A stretch of 64,000 nucleotides of DNA, taken from an uncultured delta proteobacterium. Its GTDB lineage: Bacteria > Desulfobacterota > Desulfobacteria > Desulfobacterales > JAFDCJ01. Below are positions 51,742 through 62,480 of the stretch, in pieces. Made by a program: the position numbers and the translations under genes. Positions within the stretch are counted from its first letter, which is position 1. Each line of letters opens with the position of its first letter. The notes below the pieces were generated by a model. It had not been told where the DNA came from and searched no databases. It worked only from the letters and a program-made list of their open reading frames with translations. The stretch is taken from NCBI GenBank assembly GCA_963769935.1, contig CAVYNY010000034.1, positions 64,001-128,000 on the forward strand, in the 5' to 3' direction.

Positions 51742-54123
51742 CTATCCCCTTCCCAGTTCGGCAGCCACGGCTTGTCCGATTTTATCGATGGTATAGGGTT
51801 TTTTGACATAAGCCCCGGCCCCCAGGCGCTGCGCTTCTTTGACTCGCCAGGTCTCCGAAAAGCCGCTGGCAATGATGGCTTTTTGATCGGGTTTGTGCCT
51901 GAGAATCATCTTGTAGGTTTCAAGTCCGTCGATGCCGGGATCCATGATCATATCCAGGACGATGAGATCGGCTGAATTGTTTTTGATGTATTCAACGGCT
52001 GCTTCACCGCTGGGCACGGAACTGACGCTATATCCTATCTTGTTGAGCATCAAGGTTGCGATTTGTCGCTGCTGCTCGACATCGTCTACGATTAAAATGG
52101 TTTCACCATTTCCCTTGCTGACCACAAGGGCTGCATCGGATTGATCCTCCGGCAATGATTCCCGGGTGACCGGAAAATACAGCGTAAACGTCGTGCCGTC
52201 TCCTTCGACACTCTGAAGATCAATGTAGCCTTTGTGATCTTTGACGGTGCCCCATACAACCGCCATCCCGAGGCCGGTGCCGCTGCGGCCCATAATTTTT
52301 TTAGTGTAAAACGGTTCAAAAATGCGTTCTTGATCCTCAGGCCTGATTCCGATGCCGGTGTCGGAGATTTGCAGTAGGACATAATCGCCCTCTTCAATTT
52401 CGTCATATCCTTTAACCGGCTTATCCAGGTATCGGTTTTGGGTTGAGATGACCATGGCACCGCCGTTGGGCATGGCTTCGGCGGCATTGGAAACCAGATT
52501 CATGAGGGTTTTTGAGAGATGGACGGGTGATCCGGAAATATTCAGAAGATCGGGATCAAGATCGGTTTCAACTCGAAGTCCGTCGTGGAAATTTCTTATT
52601 TTTTCAAATTCCGGGCTTGTCAGATGTTCGGCAATGATATTGTTCAGATTGACAACTTTGGAGATCGAAACCCCGCGTCTAGCCAGCGTCAGCAGATCCT
52701 GGACAATGGCCGCCGCTTTGAAGCCGGACTGTTGAATGGTTATTAAGGGTGCTTTCAGATGACTGTCTGCGGCCAGATCCATCAACAGCAAATCCGGATA
52801 GCTGATGATGCCCGATAAAATATTATTCAGATCATGGGCCACCCCTCCGGCCAGGGTTCCGATAGCCTCCATTTTTTGGGCCCGCTGCAGCTGAGTTTCC
52901 AGCTTCTTCTTATCCTCCTCGACTTTTTTCCACCGGCTGATATCCCGGGTGATCGTCAGGACGTGGTTTTCGCCGTTCAGGTCGATCACCCTGGCGGAAA
53001 TTAATCCGGGTTTGATCTCACCATTTTTGCAGCGAAACTTGGATTCGATGTTGTCGGCAAAGCCATATTTCTCCAGTTCGGAGACAATCCTTTTTCGATC
53101 TTCAGAAATTGCCCAGATTTGGATTTCCTGCGATGAATTGCCCAGGACATCCGATCTCTCATAACCGGTTAAGACGGTAAAGCCTTCATTGACTTCAACA
53201 AACTCACCGTTTAATTTATTGATATTGACCGCATCCGGGCTGGTATGAAAGACGGTGCGAAATCTCTGTTCGCTTTCCCGCAATGCGGTATTGGCCCATT
53301 TGCGCTGGGCGATTTCCTTCCTCAACTCGGAATTGATTTTCTCAAGTTCGCTGGTTCTCAAGTTGACGCACAACTCCAGCTCATTATTGGCCGCTTCCAG
53401 GACTTTTTTGCTGTTTTCTGCTACTTCAAAGAGCTCCAAATATTTTTTCAAAGTTATGGACATGATGGAAGCAGAAAATCCCAAAAACCCGTATTCCATC
53501 AAAAATTGAATCGTGGTCATGCCCAGGGAGGCCAGGGCATCATGGATACCCAGGGCGGCCCACAGTAAAAAGCCGAAAATGAAAACCCTGGCGCCGGTTT
53601 TTTGGCGGCTTTCGGATTTTACCCAGTAGGTCAAGCATAAGACCGCCCCCCCAGCCGAATACATTAAAAAGAAAGGGCCGAATAGGCCCAGGCGGGGTTC
53701 AATATAGGGGTCATTCCAAAGCAGGAAATTGCGGTAGACAAATTCATCCGTGATGACGAGTTTGGTGGTCCACAGGAGTACCAGGAGCGTCAGGTTCAGA
53801 ACCCCCGCGGCGCGGTAATAGCGCGGCGGTTTAATTTCGAGATAGGCAAAAGTGAAGCCGTACGCGGAATGAACGAGGATGATTAATGTTGTATATTGCA
53901 GCAGCGCGGCCAGGTGATTGATGTGATTGCCTGATGAATTGAACTGAACAAAGACGGCCGTTGAGTAGACGGCTGCCGCCAGAGAAAGGGCGGCACCCCA
54001 TTTGCTCCAGGAAAAGCCGGGACCTTTGAAATAAATCCAGCTCTGGAAAATAAAGAAAAAAAAGGCGATGACGGCCACTGACAAAGAGCCGGCGGATGGT
54101 AAGGCGATGCGAGTATCTAACAT
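51742..54123 (-). CDS. Hybrid histidine kinase (7TM N-terminus, PAS, HisKA, HATPase, receiver)
   Basis: AGGVAHDLNNIL, NAAEAM, DTGIG, GTGLG, LIVDD..LDMIM..KP. Confidence 0.92.
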   Translation of the reverse strand: MLDTRIALPSAGSLSVAVIAFFFFIFQSWIYFKGPGFSWSKWGAALSLAAAVYSTAVFVQFNSSGNHINHLAALLQYTTLIILVHSAYGFTFAYLEIKPPRYYRAAGVLNLTLLVLLWTTKLVITDEFVYRNFLLWNDPYIEPRLGLFGPFFLMYSAGGAVLCLTYWVKSESRQKTGARVFIFGFLLWAALGIHDALASLGMTTIQFLMEYGFLGFSASIMSITLKKYLELFEVAENSKKVLEAANNELELCVNLRTSELEKINSELRKEIAQRKWANTALRESEQRFRTVFHTSPDAVNINKLNGEFVEVNEGFTVLTGYERSDVLGNSSQEIQIWAISEDRKRIVSELEKYGFADNIESKFRCKNGEIKPGLISARVIDLNGENHVLTITRDISRWKKVEEDKKKLETQLQRAQKMEAIGTLAGGVAHDLNNILSGIISYPDLLLMDLAADSHLKAPLITIQQSGFKAAAIVQDLLTLARRGVSISKVVNLNNIIAEHLTSPEFEKIRNFHDGLRVETDLDPDLLNISGSPVHLSKTLMNLVSNAAEAMPNGGAMVISTQNRYLDKPVKGYDEIEEGDYVLLQISDTGIGIRPEDQERIFEPFYTKKIMGRSGTGLGMAVVWGTVKDHKGYIDLQSVEGDGTTFTLYFPVTRESLPEDQSDAALVVSKGNGETILIVDDVEQQRQIATLMLNKIGYSVSSVPSGEAAVEYIKNNSADLIVLDMIMDPGIDGLETYKMILRHKPDQKAIIASGFSETWRVKEAQRLGAGAYVKKPYTIDKIGQAVAAELGRG

Positions 54124-54160
54124 ATTTGTCCTGTGGTTAATTCGATGTTCAACATCAGCG

Positions 54161-54187
54161 GTATCGGCAATTATCTAAAAAACTTAA
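54161..54187 (-). promoter_or_regulatory. Sigma28-like promoter upstream of the hybrid kinase
   Basis: TTAAGTTT-N11-GCCGATAC. Confidence 0.6.
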
Positions 54188-54385
54188 GCAGTTCCAAAAT
54201 TTTCTTGTAAACCGGATTCAAGAATGCGATATGTCTCAATCATACGCTGAAAAGGCCGAAGGCAGCACCTGATGCGCAGTCGCCGGCCCTGGCCGGGAGA
54301 GCGCTTCATCAGAAGCAGGATGAGAATCTCCCGACCGGCTGAGAGTCTGGTCATCCTTAGAGTCTTAAAAGTAATATCTTTGTAT

Positions 54386-54559
54386 TTTATGAAAAAATTT
54401 TTCATCACGAAAACACGAAATCTTGAAAGCACGAAATTTATTTTGTCTTTTTTTCGTGTTTTCGCCTGCCCCGTTAAACCTTTTTTTCTCTGTTTAACCG
54501 GGGTCCCTTCGTGCTTTCGTGATTAATGTCTTTTTTGGTTCCGGCTTGTCCGGGTTAGG
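54386..54559 (+). repeat. CACGAAA-type hairpin element (copy 2) with a nested CCCCGTTAAAC..GTTTAACCGGGG palindrome
   Basis: Similar to 14026-14183, with the same CCGGCTTGTCCGGGTTA end. Confidence 0.8.
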
Positions 54560-54597
54560 GGCTTATTTAAATCTTCAGATAACAGAGGAGGTGCATC

Positions 54598-56133
54598 ATG
54601 GATCTTGGGGGACTGGTAGCACGAAACGCTCGGACGGTTCCGGACAAAGAAGCAATTATCTACGAAGACAACCGCTATGACTGGAAAACGGTCAATAAAA
54701 AGGTAAATGCCGTTTCCAACGCCCTGATCAAGGCCGGCGTTAAAAAAGGCGACAAGGTGGCCATGTGGTTGTTCAACACGGACATGTTCGTTTTTAGCTT
54801 TTACGGAATATTGAAAGCCGGCGGGGTGGCGGTGCCTGTCAACTTCCGCCTGGCGGCGCCGGAGGCGGAGTTTATATTCGGCAATTGCGATGCGGCGGCC
54901 ATCATCTTTGATGACGCTTTCGAGCCGGTGATGCAGGAAATGAAGCCGCGTCTGAACAATGTGAATTACTTTCTTTCCGCCGGCAGCGGGCGCTTTGACA
55001 CTTTCGATCCCCTGTCCGATGTTTTGTCTTCCGGCGACGGCGGCGAGCCGGATGTGCCGGTGGACGAATTTGATGAGAGTGAAATCCTATATACTTCCGG
55101 AACAACGGGCAGGCCCAAAGGGGCGCTGTTTGTCCATCACAACCATATGACAGTGGTCGCTACCATGACGACGCTCATCGGGATTCACCCTTCGGATCGG
55201 CTGCTCCATGCGGCGCCCTTGTTTCATTCGGCGGAACTGAACCTCTATATGAACCCGGGCACCTATCTGGGTTGCACCCAGACGGTAGTCAAAGAGTTCG
55301 TGCCGCCTAAGATTCTGAATCTTATTGAAAAGGAGAAAATCACCCAGTTTTTTGGTGCACCGGTGATGTATTCTTTCATGATGAAGACTCCGGATTTTGA
55401 CAAGTACGATCTTGCCTCCGTGCGTTACTACGGATACGGCGCCGCTCCCATGGCCGCCGAGTCGGTCAATCAGATGATTTCAAAATTTAAAACCGACCGG
55501 TTTTTTTGCCTTTGTGGATTCACGGAGGCCGGCCCCGGAGGCATCGCGCTGCAGCCGGAAGATCAGGTCAGAAAAGCCGGCGCCGGGGGAAAATACATCG
55601 TCAACATGGAATCACGCCTGGTGGACCCGGAAGGTAATACCGTGACGGCGCCGGGGGTAGTCGGGGAACTGGCCATAAAAGGCGAAACCATTATGCAGGG
55701 ATACTACAAAAATCCGGAGGCCACCCGGGAAGCCATAAAGGACGGCTGGGTTTACTCGGGAGATTTGGGCATCATGGACGACGAGGGATACATTACCCTG
55801 GTGGATCGTAAAAAGGACATGATCATCACAGGGGGTGAGAATGTGTACAGCAAAGAGGTGGAAGATGCCATCTTCGAAAATCCGAAAATCACCTCGGCCG
55901 TTATCATCGGCGTTCCCCACCCGGAATGGGGAGAAACCGTCATGGCGGTAGTAACGCTCAGCGAGAACCAAAAGCTCACGCTGGAGGAGCTGCGCGAATT
56001 TTTACAACCGCGCATCGCCGACTACAAGATCCCCAGGCTTCTCGAAGTGGTGGATGCTTTGCCCATGAATGTTTCCGGCAAGGTCCTGAAATATCAGCTC
56101 CGCGCCAGGTTCAAAAATAGAGCCGCCGGTTGA
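54598..56133 (+). CDS. Long-chain fatty-acid/acyl-CoA ligase
   Basis: YTSGTTGRPKG, GFTEA, YSGDLG, DRKKDMIITGGENVY, GKVLK. Confidence 0.92.
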   Translation: MDLGGLVARNARTVPDKEAIIYEDNRYDWKTVNKKVNAVSNALIKAGVKKGDKVAMWLFNTDMFVFSFYGILKAGGVAVPVNFRLAAPEAEFIFGNCDAAAIIFDDAFEPVMQEMKPRLNNVNYFLSAGSGRFDTFDPLSDVLSSGDGGEPDVPVDEFDESEILYTSGTTGRPKGALFVHHNHMTVVATMTTLIGIHPSDRLLHAAPLFHSAELNLYMNPGTYLGCTQTVVKEFVPPKILNLIEKEKITQFFGAPVMYSFMMKTPDFDKYDLASVRYYGYGAAPMAAESVNQMISKFKTDRFFCLCGFTEAGPGGIALQPEDQVRKAGAGGKYIVNMESRLVDPEGNTVTAPGVVGELAIKGETIMQGYYKNPEATREAIKDGWVYSGDLGIMDDEGYITLVDRKKDMIITGGENVYSKEVEDAIFENPKITSAVIIGVPHPEWGETVMAVVTLSENQKLTLEELREFLQPRIADYKIPRLLEVVDALPMNVSGKVLKYQLRARFKNRAAG

Positions 56134-56190
56134 AAAATATTTTGAGAAGGATGGGCGCATACTCCGAATCACATCGGCAGAGGGAGTAAG

Positions 56191-56339
56191 TGCCACATTG
56201 TGGCAAATTTTTCATACAATATAGAATATTTTTTCACAATTCGGCAGGGCGCCATGTAACATAAACTGCATTAAGTGATTGTAATTAATATGATTTTAAA
56301 AAAAATACGCCAAATAGAAGTAATTGCATGATTATTGCA
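56191..56339 (+). promoter_or_regulatory. Palindrome TGCCACA-T-TGTGGCA, half site TTTTTCACAAT and sigma54-like TTGCATG-N4-TTGCA
   Basis: Same architecture and spacing as 16301-16446. Confidence 0.5.
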
Positions 56340-56350
56340 AGCCTTATTAG

Positions 56351-56610
56351 TCGTCCAACAGTCATTTGATCAAATGCAAATATACCTGAGCATGATGCCT
56401 TCAGGAATATTTTGGAAGTTTCCCCGGAAAGGAAATTCTGAAAGTTCTCAAAGTCGCTCCCGGAAAGAGTCTACTTTGGGAGTTTCTGAAGTGAGGATTT
56501 GAATTTTTACACCGAAGATTCAAAGACCGATGATAGGGGGTGGTGGCCCCGTTGCGGAAAGTGCTTGGAAATTCAGGGAAGGTCAGTCAATGTTTGACTG
56601 ACCTCTCATT
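56351..56610 (+). ncRNA. Candidate GGA-rich structured small RNA (CsrB/RsmZ-like)
   Basis: 10 GGA in 56401-56580, CCGGAAA in hairpin loops, 3' hairpin AGGTCAGTCAA/TTGACTGACCT. No ORF; lies between convergent genes. Confidence 0.45.
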
Positions 56611-56725
56611 ATCAGTGAATCTTTTCCTTAGACCCTGTGCCATGCGCCCTGAGCCTTGTGCCCATCTGAGATCGGCAAAGGCATTGGGAGCGGCAAAAAC
56701 TATTTAAAGTCGGCATACTTACGAT

Positions 56726-58751
56726 CTACTTGGTAAACTCCGCTTTTCTTCTTTGCAGAAAAGCGGAGATTCCTTCCTTAGCTGCGTCGGTGCAGGCGAT
56801 TTCGCCAAATCCCCGGTAGCCGACCTCAAGCGCTTCAGCCAGATTTTCCGTGGCGACTGCCTTTTGGATGGTGCGGGCCGTGATGGCAACGGCTTCCTTG
56901 CTTAACAGCTGCCTGCCTGCCATGGGCGCATCGGTGATGCTTATTTCAGGAATGTCCACCTTGCCGCCCGGAATGCCGGTAACCTTGCCCTGTAACTTGT
57001 CGATCTCTTCGATGGCGGCCTGAAACAGGCGCTGATGATTATCCGCCAGTTCGGCCACCATGCCGATTTCGGCCGCCTCCCCGGCGGTCAGCGGCTTGCC
57101 GAAACAGATCATGTCATGAAACAACGCTGCGCCCCGCGGCCATTTGCGATAGGGCACCACACATCCGCCGATGCCCGGCAAAATACCGAGCGTGATTTCG
57201 GGAAATTGCAGAATTGCATTTTCCATGGCCACGATGCTGTGACAGCGGATGGCAACTTCCAGACCACCGCCCATGGCCAATCCATTGAGAGCGGCCACTA
57301 CCGGTTTATCCATTTGATCCATAAACACCTGAACTTTGGCGCAGTCCCGGGCATACTGGGCCGAGGCTGCGGGGTCACCCAGCAGCGAGGGAAATTTGCC
57401 GATATCCGCCCCGGCTGAAAATGCGGCTGTGCCGTAGCCGGTAATGACAAATCCCTTCACTGCGGGATCATCGGCATACAGCTTTAAGACGCCCAGAATT
57501 TCATCGGTCACTTCATCATTGAGGGCATTCATGGCCTGGGGCCGCCGGATGGTGATGATTTTAACGCCTTCCCAATCATCGACCAGGATAAAGCGCCTAA
57601 AATCCTGGTAGGCGGCAAAGGCCTGTTTGGCCACCGGAAAACCCGGACGGTCTTTCTCAAATCTTTGCATGATGCGATTGACTTCTGCTTCACCCAGCCG
57701 CCGCATGAGATCCAGCGGGCCATTTTTGAATCCCAGGGCGACCTGGCAGCCGAAGTTCAGGTCTTCCCGGGTGCCGATGCCGCGATCGATAATGTCAAAT
57801 GACTGGGAAAACAGGATGCCCAAAAGCCGGTCGCGAACCGTGTTTTTGAGCTCCTCGCTGACTTTAACGGGGCTTCCCGGGCGCGGCGTAAGCCAGCGAT
57901 CCACCGAGGACAAAATGGGCGCGGGTTTATAATGAACGCCTTCTTCCATCTGAAGGCTGTTGGTTTCGATGATGATGGGATTGCCGTTGGCCATATTCAA
58001 AACAAAGAACGGGCCGGCAAAGACAAACTCCTCGCGCCGTTTTATCGATTTGGCCGGCGGTGGCTCGGTCCAGCAGATAAGCGGATTCATTGCACCAGTT
58101 GTCAAATATGCGGTCCAGAACAAAGCAGATGGCGTTGCCGGTGATGATGGGGGCTTTGCCGGTCTTGGCGAAAAACCAGAACAGATAATCCAGCACTTCC
58201 CGGCTGCCGCCTTTCCAGGAGATTACTTCAACCGGAAGACTGCGCCAGGCGGGTGCAAAAAAGTGGGTAATGGAGGTCCGCTCGGGTGTGTCCATTTTCG
58301 AAAATATCCGGTCGGCCGGAATCGAGCTGGTATTGGAAGTGAGAATGGCGTCCTCGCCGACGATTTTTTCCACCATACCGAATATCTTCTGTTTGAGTGG
58401 AATGTCTTCGGTGGCGGCTTCGATGACCAGTTGGCAGTTCTTGATCTGCTCATAGTCCGTGGTGTAGACGATGTTTTCCCGGACGACGGCGGCTTTTTCC
58501 GGTTTCATTTTTTTACGTTCAACGGCCTTTTGGGTGTATCCGATAATACGCTGTTCAGCTCTTTTTAAAGGTTCTTCAACGACATCTACCAGAAACAGCC
58601 GGCAGCCCGGCATGGCGCTTTTCAAATAATAGGCGATATCCGGTCCGATGGTTCCGGCGCCGATGACGGCAACTTCGTCCGGCAAAGGACGAGCGGGTTG
58701 GAGGAGCAGAGGATTAAATGCTGAGCGGTAGAGATTATTTTCAGTCGTCAT
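56726..58751 (-). CDS. 3-hydroxyacyl-CoA dehydrogenase / enoyl-CoA hydratase fusion (one +1 frameshift at ~58034)
   Basis: VIGAGTIG, IEAATE, SNTSS, HFF, then AFSAGADI, MGGGLE, PEITLGILPG. Confidence 0.88.
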
Positions 58752-58821
58752 TGTACTGATCCTTTCTTGCCAAGAGAGTGATTTGATGCCAGCGGATTTG
58801 GAAGAAAAACAGCGATTATTT

Positions 58822-58864
58822 TCTTGACTAAGCAATGTATACAGTATACACAATGAAGTCAAGA
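58822..58864. promoter_or_regulatory. 43-bp dyad: overlapping divergent sigma70-like promoters around a TGTATAC-A-GTATACA operator
   Basis: TCTTGACT-N6-TGTATACAGTATACA-N6-AGTCAAGA, symmetric about 58843. Confidence 0.6.
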
Positions 58865-58979
58865 CAATTAATGAATGCCTTTCATATCTTTAAGTAGCCA
58901 ATATTACAGTAGTTTAAGATTAAGGGAATCTTAAGTTGCTGCCGTCGTTGACCGCCAACCAAACAGCAAGGAGGGTGCC

Positions 58980-60359
58980 ATGGAAACCAAGAAAGTTTTA
59001 TTGACCGAAGATGAGATGCCACGCCAATGGTACAATGTGCTCGCAGACATCAAAATGAATCCGCCGCTGGGTCCGGATGGAAACCCGATAAGCCCTGATA
59101 TGCTGGCCCCGGTTTTCCCGATGAACCTGATCGAGCAGGAAGTCAGCTCCGAAAGATGGATCGATATTCCGGAGGAAATTCAAAGAGTATTGAGAATTTG
59201 GCGCCCCTCTCCGCTGGTACGAGCTTACCAATTGGAAAAGGCCCTGGATACGCCCGCCAGAATTTACTATAAGTATGAAGGCGTCAGTCCTCCCGGCAGC
59301 CATAAACCCAATACGGCCGTAGCCCAGGCCTATTACAACAAAGAGTTCGGCATCAAGCGCCTCACGACTGAAACCGGTGCCGGTCAATGGGGCAGCGCCC
59401 TGGCTTTTGCCTGTTCGCAATTCGGGCTCGAATGCAAGGTGTTTATGGTCCGGATCAGCTTCGACCAGAAACCCTACCGCAAGACGATGATGGCCACCTG
59501 GGGTGGCAAATGCATTGCCAGCCCCAGCACGGAAACCAAGGCCGGCCGCCAGATTCTGGAACAGTATCCGGATACACCCGGCAGCCTCGGCATTGCCATC
59601 AGTGAAGCCATCGAGGCGGCGGTTACCGACGAGTCCGGTCAGACCCGCTACTCTCTGGGCAGTGTGCTCAACCATGTCATGCTGCACCAGACGGTCATCG
59701 GCCTGGAAGCCAAAAAACAGATGGAAAAAATCGGCGAGTATCCGGATGTGGTTGATCGGCTGCGCCGGCGGCGGCAGCAATTTTGCCGGACTGGCTTTCC
59801 CGTTTGTCTATGACAAGATCAACGGCAAAAACATCGATATTTATCCGGTTGAGCCCGCGGCCTGCCCGACAATGACCCGGGCTCCGTTTGCCTATGACCA
59901 CGGCGATACCGATCGGAATGACACCCCTGTTGCCGATGCACAGTCTCGGCCACACTTTTGTGCCGTCCGCCCATGCATGCCGGCGGGCTGCGCTATCACG
60001 GCATGGCGCCCACGGTCAGCCAGCTGATCGATGAAGGCATCATGGAACCCAAAGCATATAATCAGCTCGATACCTATAAGGCCGGATTGCTGGTCGCCAG
60101 AACCGAAGGCTTCATCTCCGCGCCGGAAACCAACCACGCCCTGGCCTGCGTGATCGATCTGGCCCGAAAGGCCAAGGAAGAAGGCAAGCAGAAAGTCATT
60201 CTATTTAACTGGAGCGGTCATGGGTTGATCGACCTCGGTGCCTACGAACAGTTCCTGGCCGGCAATCTCAGCGATTATGAATATCCGGCCGAGGAGATTC
60301 AGGAGGCGGAAAAGATTCTCGAACAATATCCCAAACCGCAGCATATCAAAAGCCGTTAA
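58980..60359 (+). CDS. trpB: TrpB2-type tryptophan synthase beta-like PLP enzyme (three +1 frameshifts at ~59752, ~59911, ~59966)
   Basis: [50 protein letters not shown]. Confidence 0.9.
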
Positions 60360-60518
60360 GATAACCTGAGTATGTAAAATTCGTAGCATCCGGTAAAATT
60401 GCTGTTCCTGAGTTGTCGCATGCAATCAAACGGCTGGAAAACTGGAAGGCCGGAATGCTGGAATGCTATAAGACTTTAGTATACATATCTTGATAATAAT
60501 TTGCGTATTTGGTTCGGT

Positions 60519-60782
60519 ATGAAATCAACCTCAGAAAAGCTGGTACGGCGTTGCCCGCGACTGGGCAACCCCGTACCATTTAATTATTGTAAAATCTGCG
60601 GTGACCGGCAGCAGCCCTGTTTTAAAATTCTTGACTGCTGGTGGGAGCACTTTGATGTGGTGCAGTACCTGAAAGACCATCTGCCTGAAGCGCAGTTTAA
60701 CCGATTAATGGAGCGCGATCCAAAACCGAAGGTCAGCAGCCTGATTGAATTGATCGAGCAGGCGAAGAAACGCAGCGACTGA
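60519..60782 (+). CDS. Small Cys-rich hypothetical protein
   Basis: RRCPRLG..FNYC..PCFKILDCWW..KVSSLIELIEQAK. Confidence 0.65.
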   Translation: MKSTSEKLVRRCPRLGNPVPFNYCKICGDRQQPCFKILDCWWEHFDVVQYLKDHLPEAQFNRLMERDPKPKVSSLIELIEQAKKRSD

Positions 60783-60894
60783 GTGGCCTAGAGTTTACGA
60801 ATAAGTAAGTTCACAGTCATGCTCTGCGGCCTGATCTTGAATATAACCTTCCGGGCTATTACAAAGTTTAGAAATTTTATTTAATGGGGGTACC

Positions 60895-62475
60895 ATGAAA
60901 GTTCTTGTCAGCGATAATCTCGGGGAAGTTGGAATCAAAATGTTTCAGGAAGAGCCGGGGATTGAAGCGGATGTCAAAACCGGATTGACGCCTGACGAGC
61001 TCAAAAAGATCATAGGCGAATATGAAGCCCTGGTTATTCGCAGTGCAACCAAGGTGACCGAGGACCTTCTCGAGGCGGCCGTAAAATTGAAAGTTGTCGG
61101 CCGGGCCGGTATCGGTCTGGACAATGTCGACATCCCGGCGGCAACCAAACGCGGTGTGATTGTGATGAACACCCCCACCGGCAACGTTGTCACCACCGCC
61201 GAGCATGCCATCGCCATGATGATGTCCTTAACCCGCAACATTCCGTGGGGTACATCCTCTCTAAAGGCAGGCACATGGGAAAAGAAAAAGCTGCAGGGCA
61301 GAGAAGTGTTCAATAAAGTCCTGGGGGTTGTCGGGTTTGGAAAAATCGGATCGATCGTTGCCGATCGTGCCCGCGGCTTAAAGATGCAGGTCGTGGTGCA
61401 TGATCCTTTTGTTGCACCCGAGCAGGTCGAAAAGGCCGGATTTGAAGCGGTCTCACTGGATGAGCTATACAGAAGGTCGGATTATATAACCGTGCATGTT
61501 CCCAAACTGAAGGATACCACCGGATTGCTGAACAAAGCTGCTTTCGATAAGATGAAAGACGGCGTCATGATCATCAACTGTGCCCGCGGCGGCATCGTGG
61601 ATGAAGCGGATTTAAATGAGGCCTTGCGCTCCGGCAGGGTGGCGGGTGCGGCCCTGGATGTTTTTGAAAATGAGCCGCCCGGTGTTTGCCCGCTTTTTGA
61701 AATCGACCGCGTGATTTGTACACCGCATCTGGGTGCGTCCACGCTGGAGGCTCAGACCAATGTGGCGGTGCAGGTGGCAGAACAAATCATCGCCTATCTC
61801 AAAAACGGCACCGTCATCAACGCGGTGAATGTGCCGGCGGTCAGCGGTGCTGTGCTCGAGAAGATATCGCCGCTGCTCACCCTGGCCGATCGCATGGGGT
61901 GTCTGTTGGCCCAGTTGTCGGCCGGTCCGATAAGGGAAGTCGTGATTGAATATGCCGGAGATTTCCAGGAGCTTGATCTTTCCCCGGTCACAACGGCGGT
62001 CTTAAAAGGGCTGTTGACCCCCATGGTCAAGGATACGGTAAATTTTGTCAATGCCGGAGTCCTGGCCAGGGACAGGGGAATCAAGGTCACGGAAACCACC
62101 TTGGCGGCGACCGAGGAATACATCAATCTGATTACCGTCAGGGCTATTGCGGATGAAGGGACGAGCAAGGTTGCCGGTACCATTTTCGGTCAAAAGGACC
62201 CGCGTGTGGTCAACATCAACAATTTTAGACTTGAGATGCACCCCCAGGGGCGATTTATTTTAATTCACAACCATGACCGGCCGGGGGCCATCGGCAGCAT
62301 CGGATCCCTGCTCGGAAATAACAAAATCAACATCAGCCGCATGCGGGTCGGGCAGGAACAGGGGGGTGATAAGACCATGATTTTTCTGCGCACCGACCAA
62401 ATGATACCCGACGAAGTGATGGAAAAACTGCGTGCTCTGCCGCTTATAATAACGGTGACGTCGTTTGAGTTGTGA
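60895..62475 (+). CDS. serA: D-3-phosphoglycerate dehydrogenase
   Basis: GRAGIGLDNVD, GFGKIG, INCARGG, TPHLGAST, C-terminal ASB and ACT domains. Confidence 0.95.
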   Translation: MKVLVSDNLGEVGIKMFQEEPGIEADVKTGLTPDELKKIIGEYEALVIRSATKVTEDLLEAAVKLKVVGRAGIGLDNVDIPAATKRGVIVMNTPTGNVVTTAEHAIAMMMSLTRNIPWGTSSLKAGTWEKKKLQGREVFNKVLGVVGFGKIGSIVADRARGLKMQVVVHDPFVAPEQVEKAGFEAVSLDELYRRSDYITVHVPKLKDTTGLLNKAAFDKMKDGVMIINCARGGIVDEADLNEALRSGRVAGAALDVFENEPPGVCPLFEIDRVICTPHLGASTLEAQTNVAVQVAEQIIAYLKNGTVINAVNVPAVSGAVLEKISPLLTLADRMGCLLAQLSAGPIREVVIEYAGDFQELDLSPVTTAVLKGLLTPMVKDTVNFVNAGVLARDRGIKVTETTLAATEEYINLITVRAIADEGTSKVAGTIFGQKDPRVVNINNFRLEMHPQGRFILIHNHDRPGAIGSIGSLLGNNKINISRMRVGQEQGGDKTMIFLRTDQMIPDEVMEKLRALPLIITVTSFEL

Positions 62476-62480
62476 AAAGA

